Shown here: positions 8,357 through 17,632 of the stretch, piece after piece | Layout: every line of letters starts with the position of its first letter | Numbering within the stretch: the first letter of the stretch is position 1 | Assembly: GCA_963713615.1 (NCBI GenBank) | Contig: CAVQMM010000001.1 | Coordinates: 1,632,001 to 1,696,000 of the forward strand | DNA: 64,000 nucleotides | Direction: 5' to 3' | Source of the DNA: an uncultured Chlamydiae bacterium | GTDB taxonomy: Bacteria > Chlamydiota > Chlamydiia > Chlamydiales > JAJFMA01 | Notes under the pieces: model-generated | What the model was told of the DNA's origin: nothing | What the model saw: only the letters and a program-made list of their open reading frames with translations | Databases searched by the model: none | Translations under genes and position numbers: made by a program

Positions 8357-10561
8357 TTACGCAGCCGTCTGGCCAGATACCATAGTACCAACTTGTCCCG
8401 AGCTAGGCAGCGAGGTTTGGTTTAAGTCGTTTACGGTAGCATCGGTGCTCGAACCTGCAGTACCCATGCTAATACCCGAACTAGCCATAGCGTTTGAAAG
8501 CGCCACTATCATATTTGCAGGGTCTCCACTTGAGCCATATTTCATTGCATTAGCGAGATCTGTTGCACCAGCGCTCGTTGGAGGAGTACTCCCAAAACCA
8601 TCAGATTTTAGTTGAGTCATCATAGTCATGAGTTGACCGGTAGGAATGGAAGAAGCACTCATATGACCACCAGCCATTCCAGCTTGAACTGACTTTAGAA
8701 CGGTTATTATTTGCATGATCTGTGCAATCAGTGCCGCATTACTGGAACTCGCACCACCATTTTGAGCGACATTACTGGCGATGGCACCTTGCGCAATAGC
8801 ATCCGGAATCGAACTACCTACCGATTCTGCAGATGTGGGGGGTGGGCTGGTTGACGACCCCGTAAGATCCCCTAGGATAGGTATATTAGACCCTAAAGAC
8901 GTCGCTGCAGAACCAGTGGATAAGGTAGAACCCGTGCTGGTAGGACTGGTAGAAGAAGAAGAACCACCATTAAGCCCTAACATTCCCGTCATCGTGCCGC
9001 TGACACCGCTACTAGGGTCACTGGAAGTACCTATTAAACCTCCTAGCATAGGTCCTATGATAGGGATTTGGTCTAACAAGCTACCCAGCCCTAACTCCTT
9101 CATTAAGCCTCCTGGCATGAGCATTGATACGATGGAGCCTAAACCACCGCCGCTACTGCCACCGCTGAGAAGACCTCCAAGGAGACCTCCACTGCTAGAT
9201 GTAGTAGATGCGGGTGCTGCGGTTGTGCTTGTAGTAGTTGGTGTCTGTGCTGCAGCAGGAGGCTGTATAACAGCACCCTCACCCGGAGCCGAAGCCGGAG
9301 CCGTAGCGGTAGCCGTAGTCGTAGGCGAAGCCGGAGCCAAAGCCGTGGTTTGAGCCGCAGCACTACTACCGCCCGCCAATGCCAGTGCTCCAGCGGCCGT
9401 ACTTGGCCCTGTAGCACCTCCTGTTGGAGAATACGCAGGAGTTACAGCTGCTGTTGTTGAGGAGCTTGATGTCGTGCCGCTTGTGCCTCCAGGGCCTACA
9501 CTGACATTAGTATCCGCCTCACCACTGATACCGCTATTAGGGCCACCGGAACCACCTATTACACCTCCTATCATAGGTCCTATAATAGGAATATTGCTTA
9601 ACAGGCTACCAAGCCCTAACATATTCAACAAACCACCAGGTGAGAGCACTGATAGGAGATCGCTAACTATGCCGCCACCACCACTGCCTCCCAGAAGACC
9701 ACCTAGCAAGCCACCACCACTGCCGCCACCTAGAAGACCACCTAGCAAGCCACCACCTCCAGAACTGGCTTGTTGTTGACTTTCCGCACTGCTTAGCAGG
9801 GTCGAATCATCCTGAGCGGTAGCTTGCGCCACTTCCGCAGACTGATCGCTTGTGGTGCTGTTTTCCAGTTTACCCACGAAAGCTTCCAGGTTATTGATCG
9901 CTGCTCCCACAGCTGCCATGAAGGCGGAAATGCTAGTGCCACTGCTACTGGAGGTTGATGCCGCTGCAGCTGAAGCGATTTGCGTCGCGTTAGTCGTCGA
10001 AGTCAACATATTGCTGAGTAACTGCGCTTGCTGTTGTTCCGGCGGAGCTGTTGGACTAACTGGTCCCGCAGCTGGAATTGAGGTAACAGCGGCCGGGTTA
10101 AGGGGCTGGGCAGTTGGTACCTGAGCGACTTGAGCTAACGCAGCCATGTTAGCAGTACTCTGTACTGCACCCTTAGCAACTTGCGCATCCTCACTATTTC
10201 CATCTTTGATTAATGCTTGAGTGCTAGGGGGAAGGGTTTGCATGAGCGCCTGAGTCTGCTGTCCCTTAACATTCTGGTATTGGGCCTGCAGCTTTTGAAC
10301 TAACTGATCAGATGCTGCTGCCGTCTGACCATTTGGTGGGGGAAGAGCTGGCGCATTGGCAGGACTAGTGATCGGTTTTTTTGCTCCTGCAGCTGCTGTA
10401 CCTGGCTGATTGACGGGCGCAGCATCAGATGATGCAATCGAGTCCGCAACCGCTTGCGCCTTACCAGCGTTGGAAGCGTCTGCAACACCGCCACTTGGAT
10501 CCTGCTGTTGCTGCTGCAGCTGCTGGGGCCCATAAGCTTGTGAACCACCTTGAATATCCAT
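8357..10561 (-). CDS. G/S/A/T-rich putative T3SS-secreted protein (translocator-like), paralog B, 734 aa
   Basis: Highly similar to 5340-7526; directly downstream of sycD. Confidence 0.7.
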   Translation of the reverse strand: MDIQGGSQAYGPQQLQQQQQDPSGGVADASNAGKAQAVADSIASSDAAPVNQPGTAAAGAKKPITSPANAPALPPPNGQTAAASDQLVQKLQAQYQNVKGQQTQALMQTLPPSTQALIKDGNSEDAQVAKGAVQSTANMAALAQVAQVPTAQPLNPAAVTSIPAAGPVSPTAPPEQQQAQLLSNMLTSTTNATQIASAAAASTSSSSGTSISAFMAAVGAAINNLEAFVGKLENSTTSDQSAEVAQATAQDDSTLLSSAESQQQASSGGGGLLGGLLGGGSGGGLLGGLLGGSGGGGIVSDLLSVLSPGGLLNMLGLGSLLSNIPIIGPMIGGVIGGSGGPNSGISGEADTNVSVGPGGTSGTTSSSSTTAAVTPAYSPTGGATGPSTAAGALALAGGSSAAAQTTALAPASPTTTATATAPASAPGEGAVIQPPAAAQTPTTTSTTAAPASTTSSSGGLLGGLLSGGSSGGGLGSIVSMLMPGGLMKELGLGSLLDQIPIIGPMLGGLIGTSSDPSSGVSGTMTGMLGLNGGSSSSTSPTSTGSTLSTGSAATSLGSNIPILGDLTGSSTSPPPTSAESVGSSIPDAIAQGAIASNVAQNGGASSSNAALIAQIMQIITVLKSVQAGMAGGHMSASSIPTGQLMTMMTQLKSDGFGSTPPTSAGATDLANAMKYGSSGDPANMIVALSNAMASSGISMGTAGSSTDATVNDLNQTSLPSSGQVGTMVSGQTAA

Positions 10562-10769
10562 TTGACCTCCTTCTCAAACACAAATTAGGTCGTGCTTACG
10601 ACCAGCCCTGCAACCAGTATCAGTATGAATGGTGGGCGTTGCAGAGATTCGCCCTCTGTTAATTCCACTTCATTTTTAATTCTACTTCATTTTGTTTTTG
10701 TTATATCATATTTTAAACTATTATAGAAAAATTTTTAAACTATTATAGAAAAAATCTATTAGCATTTTA

Positions 10770-11414
10770 TCAAGCAGCTTTTTTTAAATCTTGATCCGAT
10801 TTTACCTCTTTTCCATTTGGTTTTACCTCTTGTCCACCCTGAACCTCAGGCGGCATCTTATTTGTCTGCGGAGGTAATGCTAAACCAGCCGCTTCTAGTT
10901 TTTTTAATGCCATTGAAGAACGATCTTTAATCACTGCATAAATGGGATTAGAGCCGCAGTTTTTGATCGCTATTCTCAATGCTTCGGCGCTGCCCGCTGG
11001 AAGACCTAATTGCATCAAACAATCCGCTGCATGATAGTAGGGCAATGGGTCTGTTGGATCGGAAAGGGTAGACATCTGGTAAGCTGCTAGCGCCTGCTGA
11101 AAATCACCTGCGCGATGATGACAAGCCCCCAAAGCAAAGGTAAACTTATGATCTGTTGGGCACAACATGACCATCACTTTCAGAATCTTTCTAGCATCTT
11201 TGATTTTCCCTGATTTGCAAAGCTGAAACGCCTTATTATAATAGCCCTCGATGCAATCTGGCGTTAACCCCATCGACTGAAGAAGAGGCATACCCGTCTT
11301 ACGCGAATTATCCATCACTTTATTAATGAATTCCTTTATCGCTTCCATTTGAGGACTCTTCGATATCAGCTCCAGGGCTTCATCTACTTGTTGCCTTGTA
11401 TCGCCCATGTCCAC
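10770..11414 (-). CDS. SycD/LcrH-family class II T3SS chaperone (TPR)
   Basis: YNKAFQLCKSGKIKDARKIL, FTFALGACHH..GDFQQALAAY and DPTDPLPYYHAADCLMQLG, the canonical three-TPR LcrH pattern; start may be ATG 11408. Confidence 0.9.
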   Translation of the reverse strand: MDMGDTRQQVDEALELISKSPQMEAIKEFINKVMDNSRKTGMPLLQSMGLTPDCIEGYYNKAFQLCKSGKIKDARKILKVMVMLCPTDHKFTFALGACHHRAGDFQQALAAYQMSTLSDPTDPLPYYHAADCLMQLGLPAGSAEALRIAIKNCGSNPIYAVIKDRSSMALKKLEAAGLALPPQTNKMPPEVQGGQEVKPNGKEVKSDQDLKKAA

Positions 11415-11539
11415 CTCTCGGCTTAAAATCCAAAATTAGTAAGTTAAACACAGGACTATTAATCAGATTAATAATCCACCTATACTAATTTTAGCCCTGA
11501 ATTGCGGTAATGTCAATAGGCTTTTTTTTAAATTCGACG

Positions 11540-12102
11540 AATTTCGAAGTTAAATTGCAGTTCATCCGGTTTTGTAGGACTTGACTGCAAAGAGGAGGAG
11601 TTAGGACTTTTTACCGCCGAGGCGCAGAGACTCTGAGATAGGAAAGAGAGGAAAGAATGTGCCGTTTGTGTGTCCTTGGGCAAAATTCTGCCCAAGGGCC
11701 TCTTGAGGGGTTAGCGTTTTGGTAAAGCCCTTAGACAGCTTTTTGCCCAAGGACACACAAACGGCACAGGTGCTCAATCTAACTTTTTTGAGGACCTGTT
11801 CAGTTACTACCGACTCTGGACAAAGTCCTGTCTAAGGGCACTACAGAATCGTATTCCTGCGGGAACCCTTAGACTGGATTTTGTCCAGAGTCGGTAGTAA
11901 CTGAACATTCTTTCCTCTCTTTCCTATCTCGGAGTCTCTGCGCCTCGGCGGTAAAAATCCTAAAAAAGCCCCACGAGCTTCTATGCGCTCGCGCCGAGTG
12001 ACGATTGTGACTCCAAAGCGTAGCACATCTATTCGATGGTTTGTGGCAGCAAAAAGCTCCCCCAATTCTTCCCAAGAACCCAAATTTCGAAGCTAAATTG
12101 CA
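11540..12102. repeat. Composite repeat island of nested inverted repeats
   Basis: Outer IR 11601-11660/11905-11963; inner TGT..ACA palindromes 11658-11768 and 11797-11907; partial TIR of the 7851 MITE at ~11562-11588; 20-bp direct repeats at 11540-11559 and 12083-12102. Confidence 0.8.
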
Positions 12103-12108
12103 AGTAAG

Positions 12109-12504
12109 TCATTTGCTAAACAAAATAGCCCTGTGAATTTGAGCCTTTTTAAGCTCCTCTTGAAAACGCCTATACTGAGCGTCGTAAAGACTAGTTCCCA
12201 TCGTATTTAGTTGCGCAACCAATGCAGCTTCGGAAATACCCTCCTCGAATTGACAATAGGTTGATGAGAGACCTTTTGATGCCAATACTGAATGAATACG
12301 AGCGTGTCCTCTTAACAATGGCAGGTACATAAGACCGGCATAAGCAGCCAATAGATAGGGCCCTTCGGAGGCTAATCCCCGGAGGTACCCATTTAACTTC
12401 GGAACTTCACCAACAGCCTTAACCCTTTGTAATGCGACACCACTTCTTTCGAAAGCTAGTAAAAATGACTTTTGAAAGATAGGGTTGGAGTACCCCTCTT
12501 TCAA
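12109..12504 (-). CDS. Hypothetical protein, possibly a truncated heme-oxygenase-like fold
   Basis: PYLLAAYAGLMYLPLLRGH and FQEELKKA..HRAILF loosely resemble the C-terminal half of heme oxygenases; TTG start with an in-frame stop just upstream. Confidence 0.35.
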   Translation of the reverse strand: MKEGYSNPIFQKSFLLAFERSGVALQRVKAVGEVPKLNGYLRGLASEGPYLLAAYAGLMYLPLLRGHARIHSVLASKGLSSTYCQFEEGISEAALVAQLNTMGTSLYDAQYRRFQEELKKAQIHRAILFSK

Positions 12505-12633
12505 AAGTCATATAGTTGGAGGAAGCTACTCTCGGAAGATGTGTCCGAAAAATGTGCAAAGTCCAGCTCTAGAGAAGAATTCGCCAGAAAGACCGATTGT
12601 GGTAATAGTAGAATAGAACACCAGGAGGTGGCT

Positions 12634-12930
12634 ATGAAATTTTTTATCTGTGCTATGGCGATTATTCTAGGGGCCGTGACCCAAGCCCAGGCACTTTTAC
12701 CACCCTTGTATCAAACAGCCGAAGAAATTAGAGGCATCCTAGAAAGCCCCCAGCTTGGCCAATCACTACAGGATGGTGAACCTATCGTCTCCATTCAAAA
12801 GACAAAGGGCGGCTACCGCATCATCACTAACCGTCACCAAATTGATGTTACAGTCAATACACTCCCGCAACGCATGCCTGGGCCTGCGCGATTTGATTAT
12901 CAATTCGGACAAGCCCAAGACCTTCAGTAG
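12634..12930 (+). CDS. Small secreted protein
   Basis: AGGAGG RBS; signal peptide ending AQA; mature part starts LLPPLYQ. Confidence 0.75.
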   Translation: MKFFICAMAIILGAVTQAQALLPPLYQTAEEIRGILESPQLGQSLQDGEPIVSIQKTKGGYRIITNRHQIDVTVNTLPQRMPGPARFDYQFGQAQDLQ

Positions 12931-12931
12931 C

Positions 12932-13342
12932 TCAGGTGATTTGGCTTAACAGCTGCTGCAGATCGAGAAAGGCCCAATATTCGATAATTTGACCTGCATT
13001 AATACGATAAATACTTACTCCGGAATAAGCTACTTGGCGGCCTGTGGGTTTTCGACCTCTGAAGTCGCCGCGATGGGTACCTGTCGCAGTAAATCGAATG
13101 ACTACTGTGTCGCTCTCGGCAATGATTGCTGCATTGGTGACGACTAAATCTGGAAAAGCTGTCAACCACGTCTGAACAACTCTTCGCATTGCTTCCGGCC
13201 CTCGGCTATCGCCGAGAGGACTGTGTATGACGATTTGTGGATGCAGCAGTCTGTCTATAACGCTCAGGTCTTGCTCGTCCCAGACTTTTTCGGCATATTC
13301 AGTAGCCACCCGCTTAACAATTTCAAGAGCACTCGGATTCAT
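12932..13342 (-). CDS. SnoaL-like ester cyclase
   Basis: [20 protein letters not shown] and GQIIEYW motifs. Confidence 0.9.
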   Translation of the reverse strand: MNPSALEIVKRVATEYAEKVWDEQDLSVIDRLLHPQIVIHSPLGDSRGPEAMRRVVQTWLTAFPDLVVTNAAIIAESDTVVIRFTATGTHRGDFRGRKPTGRQVAYSGVSIYRINAGQIIEYWAFLDLQQLLSQIT

Positions 13343-15431
13343 TCACCTTCTCCCTGCTTGATTTGAACTTTTTCAATCGAAGAGCGTTTAGAATCACCGA
13401 TACGGAACTCAAAGACATTGCCGCACTAGCGATCATGGGGTTCAGAAGAATACCAATAAATGGATACAAAACACCAGCAGCGATAGGGATACCTACGGCA
13501 TTATAGACAAAAGCAAAGAATAGATTTTGTCTGATATTCCGCATTGTGGCTCTACTCAGCGCAATTGCGCGCACAATGCCTATGAGGTCACCTTTCACTA
13601 AAGTCACTCCTGCGCTCTCCATGGCAACATCTGTCCCTGTCCCCATAGCGATGCCTACATCAGCTGCAGCAAGGGCTGGGGAATCGTTGATACCATCGCC
13701 TGCCATGGCTACAATGTGCCCCTTATTCTTAAACTGTGAGACTAAAGCTCTCTTATCTTCTGGCTTTATACCGGCATAGACTTCATCAATCTTCAGCTTT
13801 TGGGCGATGGCCTTTGCTGTAAATTCGTTGTCCCCTGTCAACATGACGACCTTTATCCCAAGAGCATGCAACTCCTCTATGGCTTTGGGGGTAGACTCCT
13901 TAATAGGATCGGCTACAGCAATCAATCCGATTGCCATACCATCGACAGCGACAAAAATTGTTGTATAAGCCTGCGCTTGTGCTTGCTTTTCCTGTGAGTG
14001 CAAACCTGTTAATTCACCGACTTGCCGTGCGTTCATCATGCTGGCGTTCCCAACGAGCACCTTTTTACCCTCTACCTCACCTTCAACACCTCCTCCGGTA
14101 ATCGACTGAAAATTTGATACTTTAGGAATATTCAAATTTCTATTTTGAGCTCCCTCCATCACAGCCAAGGCCAGTGGATGCTCACTATCTTGCTCTAATG
14201 AGGCAGCTAGTCTTAACAGTTCATTTTCCTGATCATGCGTCCGAGCGAAGATCTGAATCACTTTAGGCCTGCCCGCAGTAAGGGTTCCTGTCTTATCGAT
14301 CAGCACGGTATTGACCTTCTCTAGTGTTTCTAACGCCTCTGCGTTTTTGATGAGCACACCCATTTCCGCGCCTCTGCCAATTCCCACCATAATGGACATG
14401 GGCGTTGCCAAGCCTAGGGCGCATGGGCAGGCAATGATCAATACCGCTACAGCATTCACCAGAGCCAAGACAAACCGTGGTTCTGGTCCGATGGCCACCC
14501 ATATAACGAAGGTAGCAAGGGCTACAAGAATCACTACAGGGACAAAGTAACTCGACACTACGTCTGCAAGCTGTTGAATCCGCGCTCGTGTGCGCTGCGC
14601 ATCGGATACCATTTGGACGATCCGAGCGAGTAATGTTTCCTTACCTACCCTTGTAGCCCGCATGAGAAAGCTGCCGGCTTGGTTGATGGTACTCCCCGTA
14701 ACGCCATCTTTAGCCCGTTTTTCCACGGCTAGTGGCTCTCCAGTTACCATAGACTCGTCGACAAAGCTGGAACCTTCGATGACGACACCATCGACGGGTA
14801 TTTTTTCCCCAGGCTTCACCCTTAATATGTCTCCAACTTGAACTTGATCAATGGAGACCTCTTCCTCCTGACCATCTACAAGGCGGTGAGCGGTTTTGGC
14901 AGCCCTTCCAAGCAGGGCTTTAATCGCCTGACTGGTACGGCTTTTCGCTTTTAGCTCCAGGACCTGTCCCAAAAGGACAAGTACCGTAATCATGGAAGCA
15001 GCTTCAAAGTAGATAAACAGATGGCTAGAAAGGATAACGGCAGCGACGCTATAGAAATAAGCAGCTCCAACACCGAGGGCTATGAGTGAGAACATATTCA
15101 GCGAACGGTTTACCAGAGAGTACCAAGCTCTTTCAAAAAATGGCCAACCGGCCCAAAGAACTACAGGAGTGCTGATGAGCAGCTGCAGCCAACCAGAAGC
15201 TAGCGGGGATAACGCATTGGCGCCAGAGGCAAGCATCAAAACAGGAATAGTCAACACCAGCCCTATCCAGAAACGTCTTAACATATCGCGATATTCCGAA
15301 TCGTCGACTTCTAAGGTAGCATCTTGTGGTTCTAGGCTCATACCACAGATGGGACAAAGACCTGGATGATCCTGTTGAACATCGGGATGCATCGGACATG
15401 TGTAGATGATACTAGAGGATGAGTGCTTCAT
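13323..15431 (-). CDS. copA: Cu(I)-translocating P1B-type ATPase
   Basis: YTCPMHP/CPICGM N-terminus, TGE, CPC, DKTGT, SEHP, GDGIND, YN and MSLSS motifs. Confidence 0.95.
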   Translation of the reverse strand: MKHSSSSIIYTCPMHPDVQQDHPGLCPICGMSLEPQDATLEVDDSEYRDMLRRFWIGLVLTIPVLMLASGANALSPLASGWLQLLISTPVVLWAGWPFFERAWYSLVNRSLNMFSLIALGVGAAYFYSVAAVILSSHLFIYFEAASMITVLVLLGQVLELKAKSRTSQAIKALLGRAAKTAHRLVDGQEEEVSIDQVQVGDILRVKPGEKIPVDGVVIEGSSFVDESMVTGEPLAVEKRAKDGVTGSTINQAGSFLMRATRVGKETLLARIVQMVSDAQRTRARIQQLADVVSSYFVPVVILVALATFVIWVAIGPEPRFVLALVNAVAVLIIACPCALGLATPMSIMVGIGRGAEMGVLIKNAEALETLEKVNTVLIDKTGTLTAGRPKVIQIFARTHDQENELLRLAASLEQDSEHPLALAVMEGAQNRNLNIPKVSNFQSITGGGVEGEVEGKKVLVGNASMMNARQVGELTGLHSQEKQAQAQAYTTIFVAVDGMAIGLIAVADPIKESTPKAIEELHALGIKVVMLTGDNEFTAKAIAQKLKIDEVYAGIKPEDKRALVSQFKNKGHIVAMAGDGINDSPALAAADVGIAMGTGTDVAMESAGVTLVKGDLIGIVRAIALSRATMRNIRQNLFFAFVYNAVGIPIAAGVLYPFIGILLNPMIASAAMSLSSVSVILNALRLKKFKSSREKVNESECS

Positions 15432-15865
15432 TCCACAACGCCCTTATGCAGCTTGACAACGATCACAGTGCAGGAAGCCTTGTCAATGACGCGACAGGGT
15501 ACCGAACCAAGCAGCCAATTTGCAAAAGTGCGCTTGGTTTGATGTGCCATGACAATAACATCGACTCGTCGTTTTTCGGCCCAACGTACTATCTGTTCTG
15601 ATGGGTGGCCCAGGGCAATTTCAGTTTTTATATGAACCCCCTGACGTTGAGCCTCAACCCTTAATCCTTTGAACAGTTTCTCATAATGCTCTCGTCCACG
15701 CTCTAGCATATCGCGCGTTTCAACATCCTCAGGAGGCTCAAGCACCCGCACAATGGCTAATACCTCAAGCTCTGCCTCGAACTTCTTGGCGTAGTCCAGT
15801 GCAAACTTAAATGCTTCAAAAGACTCATCGGAATCATCGCAAGCAACTAAGATTTTCTTTACCAT
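15428..15865 (-). CDS. Universal stress protein
   Basis: [17 protein letters not shown] and LLGSV..V...A.CTV motifs. Confidence 0.9.
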   Translation of the reverse strand: MVKKILVACDDSDESFEAFKFALDYAKKFEAELEVLAIVRVLEPPEDVETRDMLERGREHYEKLFKGLRVEAQRQGVHIKTEIALGHPSEQIVRWAEKRRVDVIVMAHQTKRTFANWLLGSVPCRVIDKASCTVIVVKLHKGVVE

Positions 15866-15879
15866 GACATCTCCTGATC

Positions 15880-17037
15880 TCAATCTGGTTCCGGTAACAA
15901 GTGCTTTGGAAGATAACAGGCGTTAGCGATAACAGTTGGAACAATGGCGCTACCAATGACTGCAGCTACCAAATAGGAATATTGTTCTTCATTGATGATT
16001 CCATGAGTTAATCCAAATAGGGAAGAAATCGTCCCAAAAGTCAAACCCGTTGACATCAACAAGGTGGTATAGATGGCTTCTAATTTCTGATACTTCACCA
16101 TCTTGGCGGCAGGATAAACTCCGATAATTTTTGTGAACATCTTGGCGGCAAGTAAAATCAAGAAGACCAAAGGAGCCGCTAAAAGGGCTGGCACAGAGAC
16201 AAGGGAGCCCGCACGCAGAAAATAAAACGGAGTCAATAGGCCCAAAGTAAGAGTACGCAGACGACGAATAAATGCATGATTCTTACCCACCGAACCAGCA
16301 AGGAGCATGCCTGCAATATACGCTGGGAGGACTGCTTCACTGCCAGACCACGCTGCTAAGGCTCCTAGAGAGAATAGCACGCACAAAATGTACTTGGTCT
16401 CTATTTCCGCGGGAAGATCGCCAAAGCGACGAAAGAAATACTTTGTAAGCCTAGGCAAGAACGCGAAAACAACGCCACCTACAAGTAAAAATATGAGGGT
16501 TTTAACGCCGAAAGGTGAGAATAGTAGTCCCAGAGCAATAACGGTTCCTAGATCATTAATGAAGCAAGCCCCTAGAACGACCTTTCCATATTCCGTTCGA
16601 TTAAGTCCTAGTTCGAGCATCACGGCATAAACCACCGCCACAGATGTAGTAGAGAGGGCAACACCACAAAGCCAACTAGCCCTCACATCCCAATTTAAGA
16701 TGTAGTAGGCCACCGCAGCACATCCAAAAAAGGGGACAAAAAAGCCTACTAGGCCTAGAAGATTCACCTCCTTCCAGCGCGCCCGAATGACCGTTGGATC
16801 AAGCTCAGCACCTGCCAAAAAGGTTAAAATAACTGCGCCACTGCTGGCCAGGAAGACAATCCACTGCTCACTAGCCCCTAAAGAAAAGCCCGTAAAATAG
16901 AAGACGATAACGGCTTGAACAGCGACTCCCACCAAAATTTCAGATAGGGCTGTCGCAATACCCCACCAGACCGATAGGAACGTTGCCAAAAGAGCAAGAG
17001 CTATCCAAACAGATGCCAAAAACCAAACATCAGCCAC
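15880..17037 (-). CDS. CPA2 cation:proton antiporter
   Basis: Multi-TM protein; LTFLAGAE, LSTTSVAVV, FINDL and PFYFLRAG motifs. Confidence 0.9.
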   Translation of the reverse strand: MADVWFLASVWIALALLATFLSVWWGIATALSEILVGVAVQAVIVFYFTGFSLGASEQWIVFLASSGAVILTFLAGAELDPTVIRARWKEVNLLGLVGFFVPFFGCAAVAYYILNWDVRASWLCGVALSTTSVAVVYAVMLELGLNRTEYGKVVLGACFINDLGTVIALGLLFSPFGVKTLIFLLVGGVVFAFLPRLTKYFFRRFGDLPAEIETKYILCVLFSLGALAAWSGSEAVLPAYIAGMLLAGSVGKNHAFIRRLRTLTLGLLTPFYFLRAGSLVSVPALLAAPLVFLILLAAKMFTKIIGVYPAAKMVKYQKLEAIYTTLLMSTGLTFGTISSLFGLTHGIINEEQYSYLVAAVIGSAIVPTVIANACYLPKHLLPEPD

Positions 17038-17120
17038 AGGAATTCCATAACCTTAGTTAGCGGTAAAGCAACCCTTGGAATACGCTATTCGGCTTTTTTA
17101 TACCACATTTGGTCAAAAAT

Positions 17121-17552
17121 GAGGTAATTGCAGAAGTCCGATTCTCCGAAGTCAATTTCCTGAAAATCGGATGCCGGTGAAGAGAGAGTCATTCCCTTCC
17201 CAGGCCCGAAGGGTCGATATTGCAACAGGCCATGGCATCGCCATGGTATATGCCAAAACGGTTTTAGCAGCCTGTAGGGCTGCCATAAAGCGCATGCATA
17301 AATGGTGTTTGTAAACTGGCGTCTTGTAGCAGTCCTTCAGACTGCGAAATCCCTTCCTGGCATATACCATGGCGATGCCATGGCCTGTTGCAATATCGAC
17401 CCTTCGGGCCTGGGAAGGGAGAAAAGCCTGTCTTTCCAGACTGGATAGTGCCATACCACTTAAGCTCTCTAGAATCGCCTTCTCACAAAAAAAGGTAACC
17501 TTTTTTCCCGAGAATCGATTCTCAAGGGCTCAAATAATTTTGCAATTACCTC
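17121..17552. mobile_element. 432-bp MITE (GAGGTAATTGC-ended), empty copy
   Basis: TIR gaggtaattgca; flanking AAAAT duplication; internal ~63-bp perfect IR (17192-17254/17358-17421); interrupted reverse copy at 45671-51026. Confidence 0.88.
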
Positions 17553-17632
17553 AAAATGGACTCTAACAGGATGTGCAGGATCACTCTCCCCTTCTATAGA
17601 CACGGATTGATGATCGGCGCGGAAATTTTTCT

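Noticed and set aside
5896..10124. Pro-rich plus-strand ORFs (5896, 6430, 6820, 8781, 9474, 9852)
   Set aside because: Antisense shadows of the Gly-rich codons in the two real minus-strand genes.
11540..12102. CRISPR array or tRNA cluster
   Set aside because: The repeats are inverted and nested, not regularly spaced direct repeats; no cas genes and no cloverleaf or T-loop signatures were seen.
17152..17566. Repeated short ORFs (MAMPWPVAIST..., also at 45652, 50777 and 50833)
   Set aside because: They lie entirely within the 432-bp MITE and recur only because the element does.
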